Source: Gammaproteobacteria bacterium (GTDB lineage: Bacteria; Pseudomonadota; Gammaproteobacteria; Ga0077536). From it: 64,000 bases of DNA. Below the pieces are notes generated by a model. That model saw only the letters and a program-made list of their open reading frames with translations, was not told the origin of the DNA and did no database searches. Location of the stretch: contig CAXXLL010000003.1 in NCBI GenBank assembly GCA_963662545.2, positions 2,910,395 through 2,974,394 of the forward strand. Direction: 5' to 3'. This document shows positions 22,360-33,539 of the stretch, piece by piece. Numbering within the stretch: the first letter of the stretch is position 1; each line of letters starts with the position of its first letter. A program made the position numbers and the translations under genes.

Positions 22360-23762
22360 CTTCGGAGCAATTCGCGGCTGACGAATGGATCGACCGCCTC
22401 GCGGGCGCGCTTCCCGGCCTGGCCGAAGCGCAGGAACCTTTCTTGCGGGAATATTGGGAGCGGAATCCGCGTGTGCACGACGTGTTCGGCGGGCGAGACG
22501 GCACTCCGCCGGAATTCCCGCTCGGTGATCTGTGCGACCTCTACGCTATGGCGCGGCACAGCCACATCTTCAGCGGAGAGAAGTATTATGCGCCGCTCTG
22601 TAAGGTGCTGGACCCGGTGCGGCACATTCTGATTTCGCATCCCACGCTGGCGCGGGTCGTGGGCCCGCTCATCGGCCGGGACAACTTCTGGATGCAGATC
22701 CTCGATACCGGCGCCTCGACCTCCCCGACAAACATTATCGCGGGACTGATGGCGCGTGCCGCGGAGTTGTCCGGCGACCGTTTCCAGACGGCGGTAGGCG
22801 AACTGAACGCGTTTCTCGCTCCTGTTGGGGAAGAAGGGTCGGCCGGCGTTCTGGGTGGGTTGGATATCGCATACGATGCGGTGCTGTTCTACGGTCTTAC
22901 CCTGAGGGAAAGGATCGACGTCACAGACGGCATGGTGTTGCTTCCTTTCGAGCAGGTGCGGGCGTTCGTCGACGAGAACCAAGTGGAGGAACTCGCCGCG
23001 CCGGGCGCCGGATTCCACGGCTGGCGGTCGGTCGGGGCGGCGGTCAGACCGTTCCGATGGAGGCCGACGCTCCGCCGGACGGGCTACGAAGGGGAGCCTG
23101 AGCTCGGACCGCCGGGGCCGTTCTTCCGGGAGGCGCGGACCCTTCTGGATCTGCTTGCCGTGGCGCACGCGACTCCTGTGCTGCCTGTTGCGAGCTTGGC
23201 TCATTGCATAGACTGGTCTGCCGGACGGCTCCTCGGATGGACGGACCATCACGGTAGCTTCTACCCGGGCCGCTCGGCGCACGGCTTCGACGGGTTCGAC
23301 GAGTCTCCGGAGCTGGCGCGGGAGGCGCTCGCGGAAGCGAAGGAAGCCTTTGAAAACCGAAAGAGCGAGCGCTTCGGCAACATGGCGCCGATCGTCGCAC
23401 GGCTTGCCGAGGCGCTTGCGCGGAACGGAAGATTCGAGGGCGAAGTCAGGATCGTGGAAGTCGCGACCGCCCTGGAGCGCATGTACGACCTGCCTGAGGG
23501 AAAAATTGCCCACACGTTGCGGAACAGGGTATCCCAGTATCTCGAATCCGACGCCGCAAGCCGGGAAAGGGTCAAGGAGAGCGTCAAGGAGTTTTACGAC
23601 GCACGGTCGGATATCGTGCACAGCCGGGCGGACAAGGTGTCTGCGCAGGGAAACCATGCGGTTTTCGCCAAGGGCTTCGACGTCGCCAAGCGGTCGCTGT
23701 TCAAACTCCTGCGCGAGGAGCCGCCAGATGATTGGAACGCTTTGGTGGTCGCCGGAAGCTGA
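22356..23762 (+). CDS. Protein with C-terminal HEPN (ApeA-like) domain
   Basis: ATGA overlap with the upstream ORF; ATALERMY..LRNRVSQYL..FYDARSDIVH (RxxxxH). Confidence 0.75.
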   Translation: MTSEQFAADEWIDRLAGALPGLAEAQEPFLREYWERNPRVHDVFGGRDGTPPEFPLGDLCDLYAMARHSHIFSGEKYYAPLCKVLDPVRHILISHPTLARVVGPLIGRDNFWMQILDTGASTSPTNIIAGLMARAAELSGDRFQTAVGELNAFLAPVGEEGSAGVLGGLDIAYDAVLFYGLTLRERIDVTDGMVLLPFEQVRAFVDENQVEELAAPGAGFHGWRSVGAAVRPFRWRPTLRRTGYEGEPELGPPGPFFREARTLLDLLAVAHATPVLPVASLAHCIDWSAGRLLGWTDHHGSFYPGRSAHGFDGFDESPELAREALAEAKEAFENRKSERFGNMAPIVARLAEALARNGRFEGEVRIVEVATALERMYDLPEGKIAHTLRNRVSQYLESDAASRERVKESVKEFYDARSDIVHSRADKVSAQGNHAVFAKGFDVAKRSLFKLLREEPPDDWNALVVAGS

Positions 23763-23917
23763 CAGGCCGGGCGCAAGGGCCATGGCGGTATCGCTACGGG
23801 CGCGTGGGGTGTGCTCCCGTGCGTGACGGGGCGAAGACGGAGTCGGTGGGCAAGCGGTCGAGGTTTCTGACGATGGGCGGTTGACATGTCCGTCGTCGGG
23901 AAACTGGAAACAAAGAG

Positions 23918-26900
23918 TTATTGCGCATCCGCCAGCGATACCACGTTCGTTCCGGATCCCAGTACGTCTATCGCAACGTCAATCAGGTGTGGATGATGAG
24001 TGTAGAACAACACCTGAGTCCGCTCGGCCAACCTTCCGAGAGCCTCGAAACCGGCTGCCGATCGCTCCGGATCGAAGTTGATGAACAAATCATCCGCCAC
24101 GAACGGCAGTGCTGTGGCTCGGTCCAGATAGTCCTCTACCGCCGCGAGCCTGAGGGCCAGGAAGAGCTGGTCTTCCGTTCCGGTGCTGAGGCCGGGTATT
24201 GCCACTACCTCACCGTCTGGCCGAATGCCGGTCAGCTGCATGTTATCGCGTTCATCGTACCCTATGGCCAGTTGCTCGAAGGAATTCCGCGTCAATAGTC
24301 GGAACAATTCGCTGGCGCGCCGCAGCAGCGGTCCTTGCTTTTCTTTTCGGTAACGATCGATCACCCAACGCAGAAGCAAACCGGATGCGCGCACGCGCAC
24401 ATAGCTTTCCGCTGCGTCCTTCATGGCGGCCAACGCTTCTTCCCGGTCAGCAGCCGCTTTAGCTGCAGAATCGTCGCCAACGATTGCCTCAAACGCCTTC
24501 CTTGCCTCGGTGCGCGCCTCCACCGCCTGCTCCAACTGGTTGCGCAATACCTTCAGCTCGCCTTCGGCGGCTTCCTCACGGGCGTGAGTTTCGTCGATAT
24601 CGGTATCCCGGCATTCCTCTTCCAGAACATCGATGCCCAACCCGTCTCCCTGCTGACCCAGCGTCTGCATGACACTCGCCAACTCTCGATTCATCGCCCT
24701 CGACTGATCCGATCGCCTGATTGCCGCGCGCAGGTCGTCAACGTCATTGGCGCCGGCCGTTTCCTTGATCAGTTGTACGACCATCCTGCTCTCCCTTCGG
24801 CCTTCCTCTAACTCATCGATTTGTTTCTGCCGGGCGGCCAACGATTCAGTCAATTCCTTGTGCTGTCTCTGTAGTTCCAGTGCCCGATCCCGTCGGTGGG
24901 CCAACGCCAGAACGGCAGTATCGGCGTCCTCGTCCACTAGGTCCGGAGCCAGTTCCGGTAGAACGTCCGCCACACCCAGCTCGTATGCCGTAATGTCCTG
25001 TTCGATAGCGCCAATGCGCTGCTCTCGGATATCCCTGGCTGTCGCCGAACGCTCCCTCATTTGCTCGATCACATTGATCTGCGCGCTCACCGCTGTCGGC
25101 CCGTCTTCCTCGTGAAGGCCTAGGTCGCCGATGGCCGCAGCCCATTCCGTTCGCCAAGTCTGCCGGTTTGCTTGGGCTTCTTGCGATTTGCCTTGCCACC
25201 GCGACAGATCGATCTCCGCCTCTTGCACGGCTTCCCGCATTTCATTGATCCGTTCCGCTTTCGCTTCCTGTTCCCGACGGAATCCTTCGGCCCTCTCGAC
25301 CATCACCCGCAACGTGTCTGCCCTTGTTTCTTCGGTATCCCAGCCCAGCGAATTCAGTTCGCCTTGGACCAGCGCAATCGCCCTCGTCTCCTCGCTTTTG
25401 TAATCAGTGAGTCGGCGTTGCGCCTCACGCCGACGCCGAATCAGCGTCGAGATATCATTGCGCGTATTAAGCCATGCCAGCATGGCATCGGGCGATGGAA
25501 CTTCGATCGGCACATCTTTCCAAATAGACCGCCAAGCCTGGCCCAGTTGCTTCCCTTCGCTCATCAGAGCAGCGTTCTTCGCTTCCAGCTGCTCAATCAA
25601 GGTTTCCTGCTCGGCGATGTTGCGCGCCAACACGGCCAGTTCGCCCGCTGCCTGGGCGTTATCGAATCGCCGGTCGGCTACGCCGTCGGCCTGTCCGACG
25701 GCAGCCTCAAACGATGCGGGTAGATCGTCCAACATGTCCGCATGGGCCTGCGCTTCTTCTTCCGGTATCTCTCGACTCTGGACATAACGGACCTTGACCA
25801 ACTCCCAAAGGATGTCCCGTTCAGCGCGAGCCTCTTCTAACGCCCTTGGCGCTATGGCGCCTTCATCGTTCACTCGCCGTTCATACGCCTTCCGGTCCCG
25901 GTCCAAAGCGTTGCGCGCATCGGCCAATCGCTGAGTCAGGTCGCGTCGGCGTTCACGCCAGTCGCGGGCTTCATCGCGTTGGGTGACGACGGTGTCTTGC
26001 GGCGGTACCGCCAACGCTTCAATGTCGGCACCATCCGGCAAGGAGGGATTCAGAGCCTGCATCATCCGCTCAATCTGTTCGGTCTCCTTATCAACTTGAC
26101 CTCGTGCCTCGCGGATTCGGACCGCCACGTCGCCGCTGTCGTGAACGGCACTTAATACGGCTTTCAGTTTGGACACATCGGATGCTTGGCCCATCTCGTT
26201 CAGAAGTGCTCTCTTCTGTTCCAACGCAACCCGTGCTTCTTCGAGTGCCGTATGGGTGGAATGAATCACCGCCGCAATTTCTTTGTCTTGCACCAGCAAA
26301 AGCTGGACCCGCTCAATCTTGCTCCTGGACGGTACCCGTTCAATCAGCTCACCCGGATCCATGACGTGCCAGCCGATCTCGGTGGCGAATTTAGAAAGCT
26401 CGCTTAGCTCACGTTCATATTCATTGCGCCTCTTGGGCAGGTCATTTCTGCCCCTACGGACACCGATGCGTTGCTCATTGAGTTGTGTGATGTCGCCCGT
26501 GCGCCTGACCAGCGCATCGTCGAAGGCCAGCCCTTCCAGATCCCGACGCGTCTGTTCGACATCGGATGTAAGAAGCTCGAGCTTTGCCCTGGTCTCGGCT
26601 TCCCGGCTCTCGGCTGAGGCAAGTTGCGCGCCGGCGTCCTCGGCCAATGCGACAACGTCACCCACCGCGGCGATGTCATGTTCCAGTTCACCTCGGTGCC
26701 GGATCGCCGCATACACGCGGCGTATACGGGCGAGTTTCTTCAACTCGACAGATGTTGCCTCGCACTCATTGCGCCGCAGCTCGTGCGCTTTCTCCGCGTT
26801 CCTGAGCGCCTTGCGCGCCGCCCGCCAAGCATTGGCGGACAGGGAATGATTGCGCTGCCTTGATTTGGCATCTTCCAACCGGGATTCCGCCTGATAATAC

Positions 26901-27448
26901 AGGCGTTGCGCCGATCTGTGGGGGCTCCAAAGCCCATCAGCCTCCTCCTCCAGTCGTTTCAACTGATTCCGAAGACCGGTTAAACCGGTGCCGGCCGAAA
27001 ACAACATCTGACCCACATCGTCTTTGGCCTCGGCGATCAGCTTTCCGCCTTCCGCCAGCCTGTCGTGGCTGAGGTTGAACATTCGCTCGAAGTAATCCCG
27101 ATGCATTCCTCCAAGGAACGGTGCCAGCGATCCTTCACCGCCGGGCAACGGAGTTCCGTCGGGACCCAGGATTATGTCCCTTCGGCCCTTGCGCCGCTGA
27201 AACTCCAAGCGATCGTCACCACTCTCGAGGATCGCGCCGATGAGCATGGAGGCGTAGCTGTGCCGAAAATCGTAAGGCGTGCGTTCCGGGATACCGAACA
27301 GCAGGTCTTCGATGGCCGTCAGTGATGTTGTTTTGCCGGCTTCGTTGGGACCGAACACAATGTGCAAATCACGCTCACCCTGCGGCAACTCGATGGATTT
27401 GTCCGTGAACCGGCCGTAGCGCATGAGGTCGAGGCGGGCTAGACGCAC
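23918..27448 (-). CDS. YhaN-like (AAA_27, SbcC/Rad50-type) ATPase
   Basis: GPNEAGKTT, long coiled coil, LSTGTEDQLFLALRLA, VADDLFINFD, FYTHH. Confidence 0.9.
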   Translation of the reverse strand: MRLARLDLMRYGRFTDKSIELPQGERDLHIVFGPNEAGKTTSLTAIEDLLFGIPERTPYDFRHSYASMLIGAILESGDDRLEFQRRKGRRDIILGPDGTPLPGGEGSLAPFLGGMHRDYFERMFNLSHDRLAEGGKLIAEAKDDVGQMLFSAGTGLTGLRNQLKRLEEEADGLWSPHRSAQRLYYQAESRLEDAKSRQRNHSLSANAWRAARKALRNAEKAHELRRNECEATSVELKKLARIRRVYAAIRHRGELEHDIAAVGDVVALAEDAGAQLASAESREAETRAKLELLTSDVEQTRRDLEGLAFDDALVRRTGDITQLNEQRIGVRRGRNDLPKRRNEYERELSELSKFATEIGWHVMDPGELIERVPSRSKIERVQLLLVQDKEIAAVIHSTHTALEEARVALEQKRALLNEMGQASDVSKLKAVLSAVHDSGDVAVRIREARGQVDKETEQIERMMQALNPSLPDGADIEALAVPPQDTVVTQRDEARDWRERRRDLTQRLADARNALDRDRKAYERRVNDEGAIAPRALEEARAERDILWELVKVRYVQSREIPEEEAQAHADMLDDLPASFEAAVGQADGVADRRFDNAQAAGELAVLARNIAEQETLIEQLEAKNAALMSEGKQLGQAWRSIWKDVPIEVPSPDAMLAWLNTRNDISTLIRRRREAQRRLTDYKSEETRAIALVQGELNSLGWDTEETRADTLRVMVERAEGFRREQEAKAERINEMREAVQEAEIDLSRWQGKSQEAQANRQTWRTEWAAAIGDLGLHEEDGPTAVSAQINVIEQMRERSATARDIREQRIGAIEQDITAYELGVADVLPELAPDLVDEDADTAVLALAHRRDRALELQRQHKELTESLAARQKQIDELEEGRRESRMVVQLIKETAGANDVDDLRAAIRRSDQSRAMNRELASVMQTLGQQGDGLGIDVLEEECRDTDIDETHAREEAAEGELKVLRNQLEQAVEARTEARKAFEAIVGDDSAAKAAADREEALAAMKDAAESYVRVRASGLLLRWVIDRYRKEKQGPLLRRASELFRLLTRNSFEQLAIGYDERDNMQLTGIRPDGEVVAIPGLSTGTEDQLFLALRLAAVEDYLDRATALPFVADDLFINFDPERSAAGFEALGRLAERTQVLFYTHHPHLIDVAIDVLGSGTNVVSLADAQ

Positions 27449-27451
27449 GGC

Positions 27452-28729
27452 TCAACTGCCACCGACGGTCAAGCGAGCGTTGAGGTAGGGTGTGACACGC
27501 TCTACGAGGCCGGCAAAGTCTCCCGCAGCGGCGGCCAGAAAGACCTCGTCCTCGGATGTGTCCCTCAACTCGTGCGGCAAGCGGCGGATCAACTCGCCGA
27601 TATCCCGCTGCAACTCCGTAAGCAATTCGCTGTCGGATCCGGCCTCTCCGAGCATGTACTGAAGGTCGCCGAAGGTATCCGCCCACGCGGCCGACTCTGT
27701 GCTATCCGCTACCGGCGACGTCCACACCGTGACCCGCTCCGTCCAGGCGACATCCTCGCCCAGACCTAGTGCCGCGGAACGCGCTTCGGCCGTCAGTTCT
27801 TGGGCGCTTGCTATCAGCTGATTGTGAAGCGGTGTCTGGCCCTGCAGCAGGATCCGGGCTGCCAGCAACCGCCCATCGGCTTCATGCGCCTCTTGCGCCA
27901 GAGCGTCACGCATCAGATTAATGACGTCACCCATATTGCCTGCCGCAGTCACGTCTACGTCCATAACCGACCAACGGACCACATCCAGTTCGAGCGGAGC
28001 GAAAGCGACAACTTCACCTTCTTCGACTGTGACGAGAAAGGCGCCTTTGGGTCCTGTCTCACGGACATGACGTCCTTGAAGATTGCCAGGAAACACGATA
28101 TGGGGACGCTCATTGAGCACACGTTTTTGGTGTACATGGCCAAGCGCCCAATAGTCGTATCCCTTCGCCAACAGTTCCGGCACGCTGCACGGCGCATAGT
28201 TGGCGTGTTCTCCCATCCCGCCCAGTGCTGTGTGTAGAACCCCGATGTTGAACGCACCCGCGATCGGCTTGGGGTAGTCCGGCACCAGATTGTCGGTCAC
28301 AGCCCTCTCACGGAAGCTTTGACCATGCAGCGCCACGTTCAGCTCTTCGATTTGGAATGTTTCCGCTTTCCGCGTACCGAAAACGCTGACATTTCCCGGA
28401 AGCGCGAGCGGCTTGGTGATCTGGCTTTCCGCATCGTGATTGCCATGCAAAAGGTAGACGGGAATCCGCGCCTGATTGAGCCGCCCCATCTGCTCGGCAA
28501 AGAACAGTCCGGTCTTGTAGTCCCGCCAAGTTCCGTCATAGAGATCACCGGCGATTACGAGAAAATTGACCTCGTCCTCGATCGCCCGTTCGACCAATGC
28601 CTCAAAGGCGGCGCGTGGGGCCGACCGGATACGCTCGGCGACCCTGCCTTCCGCGCCGGCCAGCCCGATCAGAGGACTGTCGAGATGAATATCGGCGGCA
28701 TGCAAGAATTGGAATACGCTCGATACCAT
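27452..28729 (-). CDS. YhaO-like (SbcD/Mre11) DNA repair exonuclease
   Basis: ADIHLD, AGDLYD, GNHD, ALGHVH metallophosphoesterase motifs; in an operon with the ATPase. Confidence 0.92.
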   Translation of the reverse strand: MVSSVFQFLHAADIHLDSPLIGLAGAEGRVAERIRSAPRAAFEALVERAIEDEVNFLVIAGDLYDGTWRDYKTGLFFAEQMGRLNQARIPVYLLHGNHDAESQITKPLALPGNVSVFGTRKAETFQIEELNVALHGQSFRERAVTDNLVPDYPKPIAGAFNIGVLHTALGGMGEHANYAPCSVPELLAKGYDYWALGHVHQKRVLNERPHIVFPGNLQGRHVRETGPKGAFLVTVEEGEVVAFAPLELDVVRWSVMDVDVTAAGNMGDVINLMRDALAQEAHEADGRLLAARILLQGQTPLHNQLIASAQELTAEARSAALGLGEDVAWTERVTVWTSPVADSTESAAWADTFGDLQYMLGEAGSDSELLTELQRDIGELIRRLPHELRDTSEDEVFLAAAAGDFAGLVERVTPYLNARLTVGGS

Positions 28730-28907
28730 TGTCTCTCCTCGTTCCGTAGCAATTCACCTAAGACGCAAATTCGTTTGCTTACTTGGCCGCGTCCAGATTC
28801 TGATCGATGCTGTCGCCGGTTCGAGTGGTATAAGCTTAACCCGCATCCGTCACCGATTCCCCATTTGTAAATCCTAGAGAGAAACTGGACCGCGGAATCC
28901 GCTGGAT

Positions 28908-29358
28908 GGCATTGTCAGAGTAAATCGGCTTGAGCGGGGAAGGGGAGTTCCGTAGCCTCAAGCGATGCGAAATCCCCTCCGTTACTTCAACAGTTCTCCC
29001 GAGGTCATTCGCCTCGCGGTGATGTTGCACATCCGCTATCCGCTTTCGTTGCGCCAAGTTGAAGACATTCTGTTCGAACGTGGCATCGACATTTGTTATG
29101 AGACGGTGCGGTACGGGGGAAACTGGTTGGCTTCGCTGTTTACAGCCGAGATCCAAAAATAGTGCGTTCATCATCGATCCCATGTGAGTTTGCGCTGGCA
29201 TCGTGATGAGGTGTTTGCCCGCATCAAGGGGAAGACGGCGGGATCGCAAGGCTGCACTAAAGTTTCTGAAACGCGCTATGAAGCGTTATGGGGGGCCGAC
29301 TTCCAAAACCCTGAAAGACATGTTCCTTTCACTCAATGTCGTTTCCTCTGACAATGCC
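28908..29358. mobile_element. Deleted IS6 hybrid made of two different left ends facing each other
   Basis: 28908 end matches the left end of the 14222 copy; 29358 end matches the left end of the 7304-8108 copy. Confidence 0.75.
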
Positions 29359-29360
29359 CC

Positions 29361-29780
29361 TTGGTGAATGACCGCGTGCCGATCAAGCATGGAAGACCGG
29401 GGATCATTCGACGCTGGAAGTTCCGGGCGCTGGCGCTGCTGTGGCTGCCGGCGGGGCTGGTGGCGGTCGCGGCCGGCAGGTTCGCCGGGGACGGTGGATC
29501 AGCGGCGGAGCTGGCCATGAGGCTGCTGATGGTGCCGATGATGGTAGTGTCGCTGGTTCCGGTCGCGCCGTGCGGACTGCCGCTTGCGCTCGGATGCCGC
29601 CGGTTGTGGCGGTTGGGTTATCGGCGCACAGCCTGGACGGTGGGGATTGGGCTCGGCGCCGCCACGGTGGTGGCGTCGCTGGTCGCGGGACTGCTCGGTC
29701 CGGTCGCGATCGCGGTCTATGCGGCGGTGCTCAGCGTGCCTGTGTGGATCGCGTGGTACTGGCTCGTGCGGCGGGGATGA
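29361..29780 (+). CDS. Membrane protein, ~4 TM helices, possibly 5'-truncated
   Basis: Hydrophobic ORF abutting the IS6 end. Confidence 0.55.
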   Translation: MVNDRVPIKHGRPGIIRRWKFRALALLWLPAGLVAVAAGRFAGDGGSAAELAMRLLMVPMMVVSLVPVAPCGLPLALGCRRLWRLGYRRTAWTVGIGLGAATVVASLVAGLLGPVAIAVYAAVLSVPVWIAWYWLVRRG

Positions 29781-29926
29781 AGGGGTCGGTCGGCTAGCCG
29801 GCTACGCAGCATGTGAGTGGGATAGAAGGGGAGAGGTGAGGCATGACAGTGGGGCAATGCCGACGGGAATCTCGGGGAGCGTAGGTAGATATTCGAATCA
29901 AACCTGTGACGTTTTGTGCGTGATAC

Positions 29927-30105
29927 TTCTCTGATCGCCCATCTCAATTCCCTGTTCGTGGGCAGCAGGGAATTTCCGGCTAACCCTCTGGAATCCTAAG
30001 CGTTTTTGCATGGCAAGCGGCCCGATCATCGCCAGATTTGGATAATTTTCCTGTTTTCCCCTGTTATAGCAGGGAATTGCCTGCAGAGACGGGTTCGCAC
30101 CAGAC
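29927..30105. repeat. Cluster of TTCCCTGTT-like / CAGGGAATT inverted motifs ending in GAGACGGGTTCGCACCAGAC
   Basis: Motifs at ~29927, 29946, 29966 (inverted), 30047, 30057, 30070 (inverted). Confidence 0.6.
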
Positions 30106-31354
30106 TGGAGTTGCCCCGTTTCCGTGGACGGTATAGCGCTTGGGTTTCAAGCAGCCTGTTGATAATTATTTTCATAGTTTAGCGGTGATTGCTGACCGAG
30201 GGATGAGTGACGACGGTGCGGGTTGTACCAGCCTTCGATGAACTCGAAGATCGCCATCTTCGCTTCGGCCTGCGTCTTGAAACTGTGGCGGTCGATGAGT
30301 TCGCATTCGAGCGTCGCGAAGAAGCTCTCGGCCATCGCGTTATCGTAGCAATCGCCGACCGATCCCATCGACGGTTGTACACCCATTAACCGGCAGCGCT
30401 TGCCGAAGGCGAACGAAGTGTACTGACAGCCCTGGTCACTGTGATGGATCACATTCTTCGGTCGACGCTGCCATAGCGCCATATTGAGCGCCTCGAGCAC
30501 GAGCTCAGTGCGCAGATGCGTCGCCATCGACCAGCCTACGACGCGCCGACTGAATGCATCGACGACAACCGCCAGATACACGAACCCCGCCCACGTCGGC
30601 ACGTAGGTCACGTCAGCAACCCACAGTGCGTCCGGCCGCGAAGCCACGAAGTGACGCTCGACCAGATCCGGCGCCGGGTGGGCATCGTGATCGCGGCGTG
30701 TCGTGCGCGTCCTTTTGCGTCGACTCACCCCGGCCAAACCCAATTCACGCAGCAGCCTGGCGACGCGCTTGCGACCCACGTGCGCCCCCTCATCCGCGAG
30801 CTCGGCGTGAATACGCGGTGCCCCATAGGTGCCTCGACTCCAGCTGTGGATGGCCTGGATACGTGCCTTGAGTTGCGCGTCGCGCTTCGACCGCGCTGAG
30901 GGTTCACGTGTCCGACACGCGTAGTAGCCACTCGGGGAGACACCGAGTAGCCGGCACATCGGCGCGATCCGGTAGGTGGCCTGATTCACTTTCATGAACT
31001 CGAAGATTTCCTCGAATCGGTCTCCCGAGCGAACCAGGCCGTGGCTTTTGAAAGGATCTCCCGTTCCTCACGTAGCCGCCGATTCTCCCGACGCAGACGC
31101 CGCAGTTCTTCGCGTTCGACGGTGGTCAGACCGTCGTTGCGGCGACCTTCATCACGGTCGGCCTGCGCGACCCAGTTGCGTACGGTCTGTGCGGTCGGCT
31201 CAAACTCGCGTGCCAGGTCTTCCGGGCTGCGGCCCGCCCGTACCAGTTCGATCATCTGTTGCCGGAAGGCCGGTGGATAGGCAGTTCGTGTTTTGGGCAT
31301 CGTGGAATCCTCCTTCTAAAAGGGTCAGGTATCCACGAAAGCGGGTCAACTCCA
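30106..31354 (-). mobile_element. Complete IS3-family element (orfA 30992-31300, orfB 30147-30995)
   Basis: TGGAGTTG..CAACTCCA IRs; WVADVTY, HSDQGCQY, ESFFATLECE. Confidence 0.95.
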
Positions 31355-33514
31355 GACAGAGCCCGGTAAAGGCCGCAAGCAGCGCCGTAATCTGCGGCAG
31401 ATGTACGGTGACCTGGTCGCATTGGGTTACCGGGGCTCCTACGATCGGGTAGCTGCTTTTGCGCGAGACTGGCGTCGCCGGCAACGGGAAGTGGCCCGGA
31501 TTGCTGGCGGTGGTACGTTCGTAGCGTTGGTATTTGCGCCGGGCGAGGCGTTCCAATTCGACTGGAGCGAGGATTGGGCTGTGATCGGCGGCGAGCGTAT
31601 GAAGCTCAAGGTCGCGCACTTCAAGTTGGCCCATAGTCGGGCGTTTGTCCTGCGCGCCTACCGACAGGAAACCCACGAGATGTTGTTCGATGCGCACAAT
31701 CATGCGCTGCCGGTCTTGGGCGGAGTACCGGCCCGGGGCTTGTACGACAACATGAAGACTGCGGTCGATAAGATTGGCCGCGGCAAAGCGCGAACGGTCA
31801 ACGCGCGCTTCATCGCCATGGCCAGTCATTACCTGTTCGAGCCGACGTTCTGCAATCCGGCGTCGGGCTGGGAGAAGGGCCAGGTCGAGAAGAACGGACA
31901 GGATGCACGGCGTCGGGTGTGGCAGGACGTGCCGGCGTTTGCGCGTCTGGCGGCGCTGAATGACTGGCTAGAACAACGTTGTGTGGCGCTGTGGCACGCG
32001 ATAAAACACCCCGAGCAGAAAGATCGCACGAGAGCCGAGGTGTGGGCTGACGAGCAGCCCCACTTGATGCTGCTGCCGCCACCCTTCGACGGCTTTGTCG
32101 AACACACCAAGCGCGTTTCACCGACCTGCCTGCTTGCGTTCGAGCGTGACCGCTACAGCGTGCCGTCGCCGTTCGCTAATCGGCCGGTCACTCTGCGTGT
32201 TTACGCTGATCGGCTGATCGTGGTGGCTGAAGGCGAGGTCATCGCCGAGCATGCGCGGTTGATGGCGCAGAGCCACGACCGCCCAGGCCGCACGGTGTAC
32301 GACTGGCGGCATTATCTCGCCATCGTACAGCGCAAGCCCGGTGCCCTACGCAACGGTGCACCGTTTGCCGAGTTGCCGGAAGCCTTCAAACGCCGGCAGT
32401 CGATTGTGGTTAAGCGGCCCGGTGGTGATCGCGAGATGGCCGAGGTCCTGGCTTTGGTATTGCATCATGACGAGCAAGCGGTGTTGTGCGCGGTCGAACT
32501 TGCGCTCGACGCCGAGGGCGTCTCCAAGCAACACGTTCTGAACGTATTAGCGCGTCTGCTCGAGCCGGCATTACCTGCGCCAATCGATACCCCAGGGCAC
32601 CTGGCGTTAGAAGCTGAGCCAGTCGCCAACGTTAGCCGTTACGACGGTTTACGGGAGGTGGACCATGCATCCTGAGGCGATGATTGCGACACTCAAATCG
32701 CTCAAGCTGTTCGGCATGGCACAAGCCATCGACGATCTTGCCCAACAAAGTTCACCGGCCTGGCAAGGTGCTGAGTCGGTCCTCGACAGCCTGCTCAAAG
32801 CCGAGGTGGCCGAACGCGAGGTGCGCTCGATTAACTACCAAACCAAGGTTGCGCGCTTCCCCGTCCATCGTGACCTGGTTGGCTTTGAGTTCCACGCGAG
32901 CACGGTCAACGAGGCCCTGGTGAGGTCGCTGCATCGCGGCGACTTCATTGATGATGCGCACAACGTCGTGCTAATCGGCGGACCGGGAACGGGTAAAACC
33001 CATCTCGCTACAGCCATCGGCTTACAGGCGATTGTGCACCAACATCGACGCGTTCGCTTCTTCTCGACTATCGAGCTGGTTAACCTACTGGAGCAGGAGA
33101 AAGCCCGTGGCAAGCCGGGACAAATGGCTCATCGGCTGGTCCACACCGATCTGGTTGTGCTCGACGAACTCGGCTCTCTACCGTTCAGCCAGGCCGGTGG
33201 TGCGCTGCTGTTCCACTTATTGAGTAAGCTCTATGAGCGCACCAGCATCCTAATCACGACCAACCTGAGCTTCGCCGAGTGGGCCAATGTGTTCGGTGAT
33301 CCCAAGATGACGACGGCGTTACTCGACCGGCTGACTCATCACTGCCACATCGTTGAAACCGGCAACGATAGCTACCGCTTCAAACACAGCTCGACGAAGA
33401 AAACCAAGGAGACAAAAACTAGAAAATCCAAGAACACTTGAGCCATACTCTGGCTCTTCCAGGTGGGTCACTTTTAAATGCAAAACCTGGGTCAGTTTTA
33501 GGTGCAACTCAACA
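31355..33514 (+). mobile_element. IS21-family element, 5'-truncated by IS3
   Basis: Matches 37869-40028; translations differ by one residue; right end ..CAACTCAACA. Confidence 0.95.
32665..33441 (+). CDS. istB: IS21 helper ATPase IstB
   Basis: [22 protein letters not shown]. Confidence 0.95.
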   Translation: MHPEAMIATLKSLKLFGMAQAIDDLAQQSSPAWQGAESVLDSLLKAEVAEREVRSINYQTKVARFPVHRDLVGFEFHASTVNEALVRSLHRGDFIDDAHNVVLIGGPGTGKTHLATAIGLQAIVHQHRRVRFFSTIELVNLLEQEKARGKPGQMAHRLVHTDLVVLDELGSLPFSQAGGALLFHLLSKLYERTSILITTNLSFAEWANVFGDPKMTTALLDRLTHHCHIVETGNDSYRFKHSSTKKTKETKTRKSKNT

Positions 33515-33539
33515 GTCAAGTATATAAACGCCTATCTAA

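Noticed and set aside
22344-23783. 479-aa minus-strand ORF
   Set aside because: Antisense to the HEPN gene; typical high-GC shadow frame
30103-31357. GAC on both sides of the IS3 as a target-site duplication
   Set aside because: The two flanks belong to unrelated sequences (att-like array versus the middle of IS21), so this is not a simple insertion
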